NCBI RefSeq assembly: GCF_001194135.2
Contig: NC_068997.1
Coordinates: forward strand, 20,438,046 to 20,502,045
Direction: 5' to 3'
Length of the DNA: 64,000 nt
Source: Octopus bimaculoides
Taxonomy: Eukaryota
The translations under genes and the position numbers were made by a program. The stretch's first letter is position 1. Each line of letters starts with the position of its first letter. Below, in pieces: positions 38,901 to 52,163 of the stretch. Under the pieces are notes generated by a model. The model was not told the origin of the DNA. It searched no databases and worked only from the letters and a program-made list of their open reading frames with translations.

Positions 38901-40299
38901 ACTTTACCAATAAATAAATAAATAAATAAATAAATAGATAAATCCTGCAACTTAACAAATGTCATCATCTTTAGCATCTTTAGTAGAAATGTTCACTGTA
39001 ATCTGCTATGTTTTTTTTTTTTTCACCAATATAATATTTCTTCTGTCATCATCACCACCACCACCACTACCATCATGTTCTTCACTTTGTCCCCCCACCA
39101 CATCCTCCTCCTCCATCACCATCATTACTGCTGTCATCATTAATGCTGCTATCATGTCTTAATAAAGCTTCCATCCATCTTTGCTGTCCAATATTTCGTT
39201 ATCGTTCATAAATAGATCCTATCTTAATGTCACGTCAGTTATCCCTGATGTAATTTTTCTCAAGAGTCTGCTGAGTTTTAATCTCAATGTAGATATATTT
39301 ATTTACATTTATTATTTCTTTTTTCTTTGTATTTTTTTTGTCTTTTTTTTTTTTCAATCTCGGGGATATTGGTAAATATTGAATCTACTGGAAATATAAT
39401 AATTTCTTGCTTACGTTTCTGTCTTAATTTTTTTTTTTTTTAAATTTTCCTATCGTTCTGTTTTTAATTAAGAATAATATATACAAGTAAAACATGTTAT
39501 ATATTAAATTCTAACACTGTGCGACATGTTAAGTCATGCAAGCCTGGAAAGTATGTTAAATTGATGGCTGATGTTGCTTGTGACTGACTTTATGGATTTC
39601 AGAAATAAACAGAAATCAACCTTGCAACCCCATCCCCTCACTACTCCTCCTATAGACCTTTCACTTTTATTTCATTTTCTTTAAAATTGAAAGAAACATT
39701 TTATATACTTGTTGTTGTTATTTGTTTAGCTTAGCTAAACTGATCAGCACTGATCGAATGGACCTTTTGATCAGAGGCGTTCCACCTGTGACCATCCTAT
39801 CTTTTATTTCATTTTCTTTAAAATTGAAAGAACCGTTTTATGTACTTGCTGTTGTTTTTTTTTTTTGTTTTGTTTAACTTCAGATCAGTATTGATTGAAC
39901 AGACCTTTGACCTGCTTCCCAACCATATGGTTACGGGTTCAGTTCCATTCTGAGTCACCTTGGTCAAGTGTCTTCTATTATAGCCATGGGCTGACCAAAG
40001 ACATGTTAGTGACTTTGGTAGAAGCAAAGTGAAAAAGCCCATTGTATGTGTGTATATATATATTCCTGTGCAGGTGGCATGTAAAATACACCATTTTGAG
40101 CGTGGCCGTTCCCAGTACCATGTGACTGGCCTCCGTGCTGGTTGCACGTAAAGGCACCCACTACACTCTCAGAGTGGTTGTCGTTAGGAAGGGCATCCAG
40201 CTGTAGAAACTCTGCCAAATCAGATTGGAGCCTGGTGTAGCCATCTGGTTCATCAGTCTTCAGTTCAACCCATGATAGCATGGAAAGCGGACGTTAAAC

Positions 40300-40344
<45 letters not shown>

Positions 40345-41304
40345 ATATATATACATACATACATACATACCTGCGAGTTAGCACATAGATGCAAAACAGG
40401 AAGAAAATAGTACTTCAATACCGAAGATAGAGTAATTATGATTTTGTTAGCAGCTTTAATAAAAGTGTATATAGACACAGGAGTGACTGTGTGGTAAGTA
40501 GCTTGCTTCCCAACCACATAGTTCCAACACATACCTTCCTATTAATAGAGGAAGTTTATACCTGATGAAGTACTTCTGAGTGAAGTCCTTCACTAACATA
40601 CTTTCCTGTCTGTAGAATGAATTTGTCTGATGACATCACTTACCAATACGTATGTGCCCTTAGCCTACAGATCTGAAGTTGTCTCTCTCTCTGTACCTTC
40701 TCTCTTGCTACTACCTTGACCTCTGATCATTGCATGATTGGTCTTGTACCACCTCCAAACAAACACTCACGACTTACCTCCCTTTGTCACTCACAGTCTG
40801 TCCACACCGTTTTCCCAAATCCTTGCAGTAACTATTGCATCAAGTCCTTCCTCCACTGAACATCCACTGTGCTCCCACTTTTTTTTTTTTGTTCCTTGCA
40901 GCTGTCAGCTTGTAAATGTTCAACGGGAACATTAACTGTGTCAGTCTTACCAGCCTGGGAGAGCCTGCAAAGGCTATGGGTGTTCATTCCTCCAGGCAGA
41001 ACCCAAACAAAAAAAAACAAAATACAGCAGGAGAAAACTATGTAAGCAGGGCTGCCTGGGGTTACAGGTGCTTCACAGCCTGATAGACATAGTTATATGC
41101 TATATATTATATACCACAACAAGCTACATCACAAGTGTTCTCACATCACATCTCTGGTATTCCGACTCCTTGCCCCTCCCCACGTAGCTGAAAAATAATA
41201 ATTCAGAGTGTGCATTCCAAATTGTTCCTTTAGAAATCATTTCAAATTTTGTTTCCCTTTTTCTTTTTAAATATTTTTCTTCCATTTTTTTCCCACACTA
41301 CTAC

Positions 41305-41370
<66 letters not shown>

Positions 41371-41732
41371 CATTATGATGATGATATTTTTTAATGGTTA
41401 TATTTCATTGGTTCTGTTTGCATGGTGGAAATTATCTTTATTGCCAATTTAGCTTTAGAAATTGTGTAGAGCACAGTTTTAAAACCTGATTCTCTATGAT
41501 CTTGGTAAACTTTTCTTTTTCATTATNNNNNNNNNNNNNNNNNNNNNNNNNNNNNNNNNNNNNNNNNNNNNNNNNNNNNNNNNNNNNNNNNNNNNNNNNN
41601 NNNNNNNNNNNNNNNNNNNNNNNNNNNNNNNNNNNNNNNNNNNNNNNCATTATACATATATATGTATACTTATACACATATGCATATACATATTTACTAA
41701 TGTTTATGCTAATTTATTTATATATATATGTG

Positions 41733-41775
<43 letters not shown>

Positions 41776-41977
41776 TTATCTACACACACATACATGTATA
41801 TGCATATATATTTTACACACACATAGGTATATATATCATATACATACATATATGAGATATATGTCATAATCTACATTATATATATATATCTTTCTTTCCA
41901 TATCTATATTATATATGTGTGTGTTAGTATATATGTATATTTGTAGATACGTTTTTTCCTCCATTTATATGTTTAGG

Positions 41978-42020
<43 letters not shown>

Positions 42021-43074
42021 GCCTTCATCATTATTTTACATGTTTTTTCATATATATATATATATATGTATACATAAATGTATACTTACGTATGTGTGTA
42101 TATGCATATATACATGTGTGTGTGTATGTGTGTATGTAACCCATACCTTCTTCACTCTTCATCTCCGAGCATAAAGATACTTCTACTAATGTTTGTAGTC
42201 TTGCAAGTGGTATTGGCAATCTCAACAGTGATGGTGGCACGAAAAAAGAACACCGAATACACTCTGTAAAGTGATTGGTATTTGGAAAGTCATAGAAACT
42301 CTGCCAAAGCAGACACTGGAGCTCAATGCAGTCCATGGGACCATTAGATCCTGTCCCATGCCAGCATGGAACGTGGGTGTTAAATGATAATAATAATGAT
42401 GATGATGATGATAAATATAGGTGTGTGTGTGTCTTTGTAAAAACACCCGGTCCATGCTATAAAGTGGTTGGGTTTTAGGAAGGACATCCAGCCATAGAAA
42501 TTGTGCCAAAACTGTCATTGGAGCAAGATGCATTCCTTGGACACATTGGACCCCTTGAAACTATCCAACTCATGCCAGCATAGAACATGGGAGTTAAATG
42601 ATGATGATGGTGTGTGTGTGTGTGTGTGTATCCTTCTGGTGGTGTAAAACACCCGTACTGTGTCACATAAAAGTGCCTGCTTGACAACCAGTGTTGGTGT
42701 GTTTACGTCCCTGTAACTTAGCGGTTTGGCATAAGAGATTGGTAGAATAAGTACTAAGCTTACAAAGAATAAGTCCCAGGTGCGATTTCTTTGACTAAAA
42801 GCGGTGCTCCAGCATGGCTGCAGTCAAATGACTGAAACAAATAAAAGAATATATATATACATATATACTTATGTATGTATATACGTATGTGCGTGTCTGT
42901 GTTACATGTGTACATATGTGACTTTATCATTTAACTTCGATGGTCCATGCCTGCATGCGTTAGGTGGTTGAGCAGGATCTGACACATTGAAAGAGTGTAT
43001 CTTGCTCCATTGTCTACCTAGGCATAGTTTCTTTAGCCAGATGCTGTTCCTTATCCTCACCAGTTGGTAGCCTC

Positions 43075-44307
43075 ATGTGGTCAGCAGTAGTGAAGCCACT
43101 GTGCAGCCCTGTTAGAATACAAATGCTGAGAGGGTAGCTTTGTGCTAAAAGTTGAGGAGTTAATGCATGAAGGACGGGATCAGAGCAGAACAGGTATCTT
43201 ATGGTTGAAGAGCTTCATGGGTACTTGTATTTCAGAAGAAAGATTGTATACGACTATATGCATGCATAGTGTAGTGACTAGAGTAAGAATAGCCTGGGCA
43301 AAGTTCAAGGAGCTCCTACCTCTGCTGGAAACTAAGGGCCTCTCACTCAGGGTGAAAGGTAGACTGTATGATGCATGTGTGTGAACTCCCATGCTACATG
43401 GCAGTGAAACATGGGCCATGGATGCTGAGGACATGTGTAGGCTTGAAAGAAATGAAGCTAGTATGATCCGCTGGATGTGTAATGTCAGTGTGCGTACATG
43501 ACAGTGTAAGCACCCTGAGAGAAAAGTTGGGCATAAGAAACATCAAATGTGGTGAGCAAAAGTGGCATCTGCGCTGGTATGGTCATGCATTACGTATGAA
43601 TGAAGACATCTGTGTGAAGAAGTGCCACTCCCAAACTGTAGAAGGAACCTGTGGAAGAGGTAGACCCAGGAAGACATGGGATGAGGTGGTGAAGCATGAC
43701 CTTCAAATATTGGGCTTCACAGAGCCAATGATTGGAGACCGGGACCTTTGGAGATATGCTGTGATTGAGAAGACCCAGCAACTGAAGTGAGATCGCAGTA
43801 ACGCATGTCCGACCCTGTTAAAGATACACCTGATGCGTCGGGCGATATGATATGCTTGAGAAGACCTGTTGAGTCAAGTAAAGCCAATATCGTAGCTGTG
43901 GCCAGTGCTCCCTGACTGGCTCCTGTGCTAGTGGCACGTAAAAAGTACCATCCGAATGTGGTCGATGCCAGGTCCACCCGACTGGCTTCTGTGCCAGTGA
44001 CATGTAAAAAGCACCAACCGATTGTGGCCGATAACAGTACCTCCTGACTGGCTCTTGTGCCGGTGACATGTAAAAAGAACCATCTGAACGTGATCAATGC
44101 CAGGCCCGCTTGACTGGCTCCTGTGCTGGTGGCACGTAAAACACACCCACTACACTCTTGGAGTGGTTGGTGTTAGGAAGGGCATCCAGCTGTAGAAACA
44201 TTGCCAGATCAGATTGGAGCCTGGTGCAACCGCTGGCTCTCCAGACCTCAGTCAAACCGTCCAACTCATGCCAGCATGGAAAACGGACGTTAAACGATGA
44301 TGATGAT
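43075..44307 (+). mobile_element. 5'-truncated RTE LINE with intact 3' UTR and (GAT)n tail
   Basis: Frameshifted ORF end: VTRVRIAWAKFKELLPLL.TKGLSLRVKGRLYDACV..MLHGSETWAM..EDMCRLERNEASMIRWMCNVSV / LRWYGHALRMNED.CVKKC...VEGTCGRGRPRKTWDEVVKHDL...DRDLWRYAV*, stop at 43790. It continues directly into the family C sequence. Confidence 0.93.
43901..44150 (+). repeat. 66-bp tandem array (~3.7 units) within the RTE 3' UTR
   Basis: Units start at 43901, 43967, 44033 and 44099. Consensus approximately gccagNNNNNNNgactggctcctgtgccggtggcacgtaaaaagcaccatccgaacgtggccgat. Confidence 0.9.
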
Positions 44308-44737
44308 ATATAAGTACATATGTATACACATATTTGTACATATGTACATGTATGTATTGATGTGTATCAATACACACACACACACACACACATACACACA
44401 CATTCAAAATGCTGATGAATAGATATATACATATATATGTCATGTGTTATATGAATGTTTTGTTTTTAGTTTACTGAAAGCTATGTTTCTTTCAGTTTGT
44501 GTGTGTGTGTGTGTGTGTTTATATATATATACACACACATGTATACATAGACACTCACACAATGAATTCATCAAGTTCTGGTAAGGTAGATTTAGTAACT
44601 GGAATAGGCACTATTGTGTGTGTGTGTGTGTCTAAGTATGTATACACCACTGTATAAATGTATATGTATATATACAAGCATGCTATATAAATACACACAC
44701 ACACGTATGTATATATACATACATACATTTCTGTTTG

Positions 44738-44785
<48 letters not shown>

Positions 44786-44806
44786 TATACACACATATAT
44801 ACTCAC

Positions 44807-44847
<41 letters not shown>

Positions 44848-45081
44848 TACAAAGCTACTGTATATATAATAGCACAATTTTCTGTCTTCACAGGTAGTCT
44901 ATGTATCTATGTATGTGTCTAGTTAACACTCTCTCTATATATATATCTATACATATAAAATATATGCTTATATATATGTGTGTGTGTGTGTGTGTGTGCG
45001 TGTGTATGAGCGTGTGTCTATAATATATATTTGCACATAAATAAATCACACACACACATATCTCCACATCTACAAGTATGG

Positions 45082-45116
<35 letters not shown>

Positions 45117-46403
45117 CGTGGATGTGTGATGATGGCTGTGTACGTGTGTCATGTCTTTTGATGTAGGAGTTGCATTTAATTGGAGCAGGTAACGTCTGAT
45201 AGCTGCGCTATATCTTTGATGTGCGGTTTGTATCAGGCTGCGGCAGATATAACGGTGCTAACTGTATTGCAACTTTGATGTGTGCGCAGAATACTGCGCG
45301 AGTCGATGTACACGATATGATGATAGTTGCTGTATCTTATTTGTGTAAGTTGTAATTAGCAGGAGCAGGTAGTAGGCAAGGAGAACACCAGTGTTCTTAA
45401 TTTATGTACAGCGTCTTTCTTCAAGTCACTGTCGTAGAGGACACCAGCTAGTTAATTGTAACGATGATGTTCCAGCTTTTTGATGTGGCTGTTTTTGTTT
45501 GTTTGTATCATGGACTCTGCTTAATGCAATGCTTGGCTTCCACCACGAGTCGCAAAAATCTGCAGGAAGAAGTCAGCTTTGAATGAATGACTGCTTTTTT
45601 GTTTTCAAATAGAGTTAAATTAAATATGTATATATGCAAGAATGCTCACATGTGTATGTATGTGTGTGTGTGTGTGTGTGTGTGCATGCACGTATTTGTG
45701 TGTGTAGTGTATAATTTTGGGGTCAATGTATAATGTTGTATAAACCTGTCCAACCCATGTTGTTGGCATAAAACCTACCACAATCAATTGCCATTTCTCT
45801 TCAGAGAGTGATTTGAGCCGAGTAGTATTTTGGTATCTATCTGTCTTTCTGTTTGTGTGTCTGTCTGTCTTTTAGATGATATTCTTTGCCAAATTGTTAT
45901 CCTGTATCCCTGCTTATTAGACCCTTTTTTTGTGTCTCCTTATCTGCCTATCAATCTACTCCCCTTTCCTTTCATCTCTCCATATATCCCTTCATATCCT
46001 TTTCTGCATCTGTGTTTGTCTGATTGTTAGAACGTCCCCCCAAAAATATATGTTCTCCAGTCATGGAGAAAAACATGGATTGCTTGGATGTCTTACTGGA
46101 AATGCTGGTAAGGCTCTGGCCACATTAGTCTTGGCTAATTTTGTAGGTCACTAGAAGAAGTATGATGTATATCTTTATAATTTATCTTTTACTTGTGTCT
46201 GTCATTTACAGACTCAAGTAAACTATAAAAGATTATGGCCATGCTGGATCATTACCTTAAGAAGTGTAGTTGGATAAATCAACCCCAGTATTTATTTTCT
46301 TAAAGTCTGCTGCTTTTATTTAACGTATTAGTCTCTTGTTGAATCACCAAGTTATGAGGACATCAACAAACCAACACTGGTTGTCAAGCAATGGTGAGGA
46401 GGA

Positions 46404-46446
<43 letters not shown>

Positions 46447-47180
46447 NNNNNNNNNNNNNNNNNNNNNNNNNNNNNNNNNNNNNNNNNNNNNNNNNNNNNN
46501 NNNNNNNNNNNNNNNNNNNNNNNNNNNNNNNNNNNNNNNNNNNNNNNNNNNNNNNNNNNNNNNNNNNNNNNNNNNNNNNNNNNNNNNNNNNNNNNNNNNN
46601 NNNNNNNNNNNNNNNNNNNNNNNNNNNNNNNNNNNNNNNNNNNNNNNNNNNNNNNNNNNNNNNNNNNNNNNNNNNNNNNNNNNNNNNNNNNNNNNTGTAA
46701 ATGTTGTTTGTTGTTGTTGTTGTTATTAAGGTGAGTGAAAGCTGCTAAGTATGGAATGTAACCTGTTTGTCAATTCCTCTTTCTTTGTGTTCCTGTATGT
46801 TTATGCAAATTGCATTTACATGCGAAAAATCTTTGGACAGTGTGTGTGTGTGTGTGTGCAAAGGAGTTAGTGATAGAGAAACGAAAAAAAAAGTATGTGT
46901 TAGTGTGAATGAGTGAAGGGTGCGAGAGACAGTGAGAAAGGTAAAAAAAGGTGTGTGTGTGTGTGAGAAAGAAGGAAGAAAGAAGGAAGAAAAAAGTGTG
47001 TGTATGCATGTTTATGTGTATGGTGCAAATGTGTGTGTATGCATGTTTGTGTGTATGTATGTGTGTGTGTGTGCAAATGTGTGTATGTATAAATGTGTTT
47101 GTGCAAATGTGTGTATGCATGTGTGTAAATGTGTGTGTGCGTGTGTGTATGCATGTGTATTTGTGTATTTGTAATGCATG

Positions 47181-47229
<49 letters not shown>

Positions 47230-50200
47230 AAGAGTTGTGGTAGTTACTCTTCTGGAATTTTCTTCATTTTCTTGTTACTAATGCCATTATGAGGTTTGTT
47301 AACAGGATCTTAACAGTAATCCTTGTGTTAGTTACATTTGCTGCAAAAACTGACAACCTTGCTTCTATTTTATCAATGATGTACAAGCTGCAGCAGCAAT
47401 CATTCACACCCCGTCGCTTAGTTATGGTATTACACACCTCGTTGAAAAGCCAGATTTAGTTTCAAAATGACCGGTCCTTTTGCAACCTGGTAAGGTAATA
47501 AAAATCTTTCTCGCAAGGGTAGAATCTCAGCAAGTCAAGATGCTGAAAGTGATAAAGAAGATGCTTATAATTGATACACAGAAAGGTATTTGTGGTTAAT
47601 ATGATTGCGAAGCTTAGTTTCCAGTGATTAATACAATCTTTGGAATTGAAAAGAAAGAAAATAAGGGAAAAAAAAAAAAAAAAGAAATGAGAAACAAATT
47701 CTTAGCGATGATTTTTGACTCTTCATGGTATCTTTTGATAACTGATATTACCTGAAAATGAACTTTGTCAGGCTGTTGATTATAGATGGAAATTGGTGAT
47801 TCTTCACTTGCTGTTCTGGAATGTTGCTTCTTTAATATGATTTGTAAATTCTAGAAGTGATGGTTCAATGAAGAAAATGTCTTCTGTATATATGTTTCAC
47901 TACTTCCCCTCCCTGTCTCGTAATATCAACCTGGCAGGGAAATCAACTGCTCCTTTCAGTAATATATGAACCTATGTGTGCAGTTTGATGAAGATTGTAT
48001 GGTATATGTACAGTGTTTTGTAACATTTCCCTCTAATCTCTTAGTATCCAGTATGTGCAAAAACCTGATGTTGTGCAAAATATTTGTTTTTCCTGCACAT
48101 TTAATGCACAATAAATATAATTATTACTGTAAATTATTAATAAAAGGTGGTAAAATTGGCAAAGCCTTTGGAGTATTGGATAGGAGGTTTTTGTGGTATT
48201 TATTCTGGCTTTCTGTAGTCTGAGTTCAAATCCCACTAAGGCTGACTTTGCCTTTCATCCAATTTGGTCAAAATTAAGTACCGGTCAAGTACTGAGGTCA
48301 TTGGTATTGACTCACCCCTTCCATCCAAAATTGCTAGCCTCATCCCTTAACTGATTTCAGATTTTGTCACAAGGCTAGCCGTTTCGGAAGAGTGCATAAG
48401 TTGATTACATTGACCCCAGTGCTCAACTAGTACTTATTTTTTTGACCCCAAAAGGATGAATGGCAAAGTTGACCTTGGCAGAATTTGAACATAGAATGTA
48501 AAGACAGATGAAATATCGCTAAGCATTTTGTCTGGTGTGCTAACATTTCTTATTTCTTTACTGCCCACAAGGGACTAAACATAGAAGGGGACAAACAAGG
48601 ACAGACAAAGAGATTAAGTCGATTACATTGACCCTGTGCTAACATTTCTGCCAGCACACCACCTTACCTTGTTCCTTAATTATAAGTAATTACTGAATGT
48701 GTAAGTAAATTTTTAATTAGTACATTATCTCAGAGAACTAACTGTTGTATGCATATTAATTTCTATTGTGTGCCGTCTGGAAACATGCATGCATGTCCAT
48801 ATGCATATAAGGTTAGAGGAAACAGTGATGATGTGTTTGTTGTTTTCTTTTATTTCTTTGTTTCAAATGTGAAACTCTGATTGATAACGCTACCGCTCCA
48901 CTGGAATTTATCCTGAACTAGCAATGCACCATACTGTAACATAGCCAGGCCAGAAGTGCAAACCTGATGACTATCATTTTTATTATTATGACTATATTCA
49001 TTAATATATATATTAATTAAGTACTAGTTACACACTATATTCATTATTATTGCATCTGGGTTTTCCATGCTGTTATGAACTAGATGAATTCATTGTTACA
49101 AGATGTAAAAGTTGTATTTTAATAACATTCATATATATATATATCATCATCATCATCATCATCATCGTTTAACGTCCGCTTTCCATGCTAGCATGGGTTG
49201 GACGATTTGACTGAGGACTGGTGAAACCGGATGGCAACACCAGGCTCCAGTCTGATTTGGCAGAGTTTCTACAGCTGGATGCCCTTCCTAACGCCAACCA
49301 CTCAGAGAGTGTAGTGGGTGCTTTTACGTGTCACCCGCACGAAAACGGCCACGNNNNNNNNNNNNNNNNNNNNNNNNNNNNNNNNNNNNNNNNNNNNNNN
49401 NNNNNNNNNNNNNNNNNNNNNNNNNNNNNNNNNNNNNNNNNNNNNNNNNNNNNNNNNNNNNNNNNNNNNNNNNNNNNNNNNNNNNNNNNNNNNNNNNNNN
49501 NNNNNNNNNNNNNNNNNNNNNNNNNNNNNNNNNNNNNNNNNNNNNNNNNNNNNNNNNNNNNNNNNNNNNNNNNNNNNNNNNNNNNNNNNNNNNNNNNNNN
49601 NNNNNNNNNNNNNNNNNNNNNNNNNNNNNNNNNNNNNNNNNNNNNNNNNNNNACATATGAAATACTGTTCTTTTTTTAGTCGGTTGGGAAAGCATTACCC
49701 ATGATTTTTTACAGGGCCTCTGAGGAGGATGCTATCCTTAAACTGGCAACCTAACCTGGACTGAATATTTGCCACAAAGTGGATTCCTCTAAAAGTGAGG
49801 ATCAAGTCTACCATGCAAGTAAGCCGTTGCTGGATTTGAACTCAGAATGCCAAAGAGCCGGAATGAATATTGCAAGGCATCTGCTCTCTCGTTCTTACAA
49901 TTCTGCCAGTCCAATGCCTTAGACTAGGACTTTTCTATTGGTCCGGAGAGGGGAAAAAGCAAAATTGACCTTGTCAGGATTTGAGTGTAGAATATAAAGA
50001 TCTGAAACAAATACTGCAATTCTTATGATTCTACCAGTCCAACAAATGGTATTTTTCTATTGACTCTGAGAGGATGAAAAACAAAGAATTCAAGCCCAGA
50101 ATGCAAAGTGCTAAAACAAATACTGCAAGGCATCTGCTCTGACAGTCTTACTATTCTGCCAATCCAGCCTCCTTAGATTGAAACATTTCTCTCACCCCTG

Positions 50201-50724
50201 AGAAAATGTAAGATAAAGATGGTCATGGTGGTATTTGAACTCAGACTGCGGAGAATCAGAACAAATACTATTATGCTTTCTATCCGACATCCTAACACAC
50301 TCTGGCAATTTGCCACTTTTGGTGGAATGACCAACCCATAGCTTTCATATCATTTAGCTGAACATTTATTGACAGCTTTTGCTTTTACATTAGATTTGAA
50401 CTTGTTTTTGTTTTCCACTTTGAAGTATAAATTTCTTATCTGCTCTGAGAATCTGTCTAATGAATTACAACGCCAGTCACATCATAAATCATGTCTGATT
50501 TGCAGTTAATTTAAAACTACCCAACTATTTTCAGCTGAAATATCTCATATCTGGAAAGTGTAGGCTTCACAGTGTGGTTAAGAAGTTCACTTTGCAACTG
50601 TGTGTTTTTGGTTTCAGTCCCACTGCTCAGTACCATGGGCTGGTGTCTCTTCTATTATAACCTTCGGTTGAGAAATGCCTCGTGAGTGAATTTAGTAGAT
50701 AGGAATTGAAAGAAACTTGGGGTT

Positions 50725-50764
<40 letters not shown>

Positions 50765-51524
50765 ATAGTGTTAACCTTGTCGTGGCATTGCATAATAGCT
50801 ATTGTAAACAAACGTCACTTTCATATAATGTCTGTCTGTCTAGACATGTCTTAAATGGAAGATTACAATGTGCTGCTTACGTTTGAAGGACTAGAGGAAA
50901 TATTACCTTCGTTGCAAACAGGTGACGGTTGGATAACAGAAAGAGCATCAGGCCATAGAAAATCTGTCTCAACAAATTTTGGTTTACTCTTGCAAGCATG
51001 GAAAAATAGCTATTAAAATGATACTGGTGGCGGTGGTGGTGTGTCTTACCTCTCAACAACTGGTGTTGGTTTGTTTACATCCCTGTAATATAGCAGTTCA
51101 CCAAAAATGAGATCTGTGGAATAAATTACCAGACTTAAAAAAAAAAATATGTACTGGAGGTCAATTTGAGGAACTAAATCTTTCAAGATAGTACTCCAGC
51201 ATGGTTGCAGTCCAATGACTAGAACAAGTAAAGGAATAAAAAAAATAATGATTCCTAAGTATGTATTTGATAATTTCTGTTATTTAGAATCTATTGCTCT
51301 ATTGTTGTTGCTCACTCATTAATACTGATTGTAGGCGTTTTTGAATTGTGAATTCCCCCCTCCTTTTTTTTTTTGTTTTTCTGTTTTGTACATCTATGTA
51401 CATATGTTCTGGTTTTTCTGTTGTGAAGTGTTATATGAATTTTGTCAACTTGAATCGACATTTTATACTGGGCTCCAATGCTTATCTTTCCAACTAAGAG
51501 TCGAACCATCGATGGGAGCCTTTA

Positions 51525-51850
51525 TGAAGGTGTATGGCTCAATGGCTAGTGCGTCAGACTCATTATCACGAGGTAGTGAGTTCGATTCCCGGACTGGGCT
51601 GGGCTGTGTGTTGTGTTCTTGAGCAAGACACTTTATTTTCGCATTGCTCCAGTTCATTCAGCCGTAGAAATAAGTTGCAATTTCACTGGTGCCAAGCTGT
51701 ATTGGCCTTTGCCTTTCCCTTGGATAACATCGATGGTATGGAGAGGGGAGGCTGGCGTGCATGGGCGACTGCTGATCTTCCACAAACAACCTTGTTTGGA
51801 CTTGTGCCTCGGAGGGGAACTTTCTAGAATGTAATCCCATGGTCATAAAT
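51525..51850 (+). mobile_element. tRNA-derived SINE ('family D')
   Basis: Head ggctcaatggctagtgcg...gagttcgattcccgg (A/B boxes) and CORE-like gtgttcttgagcaagacactt. A second copy at about 32225-32520 aligns along its length; a partial copy is at about 31470-31620. Confidence 0.85.
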
Positions 51851-52094
51851 CAGTGAGCGCTAGATGAATTCCATCTATTTACCTGTTGTCTTTCTGTTCA
51901 TCCACCTATCCATTCTTCCATTCACCCACTTTTGTGCATTTGTTCAGATATCTTTTGCATACAAAAGTTAGTTGAACATATGTACAAAAATGAAAAAAAA
52001 CTTGGAAGAGCAATAGAGTGAATCAGCTTTGAATACATAAATAAACTTTACTACTACATATTGAGAGCTGTCCTTTGCTATTTACACACAGCCC

Positions 52095-52163
<69 letters not shown>

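Noticed and set aside
43920-43950. GCCGGT…TAAAAAG similarity of the 66-bp unit to twister ribozymes
   Set aside because: Lacks the UAA L1 motif and the pseudoknot partners; there are also too few nucleotides between the GCCAG/CTGGC arms for an HDV-like fold.
43901-44150. Regularly spaced repeats as a CRISPR array
   Set aside because: Eukaryotic context, units are homologous along their full length (no unique spacers) and no cas genes are present.
46052-46107. In-frame VLQS as the missing COPZ last exon
   Set aside because: It continues WRKTWIAW rather than AKEQIKWSLL and has no acceptor immediately before the V codon.
51531-51600. tRNA-like sequence with A and B boxes (also at 22765 and 31775)
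   Set aside because: No complete cloverleaf or acceptor stem, and it continues into a SINE body; these are SINE heads, not tRNA genes.
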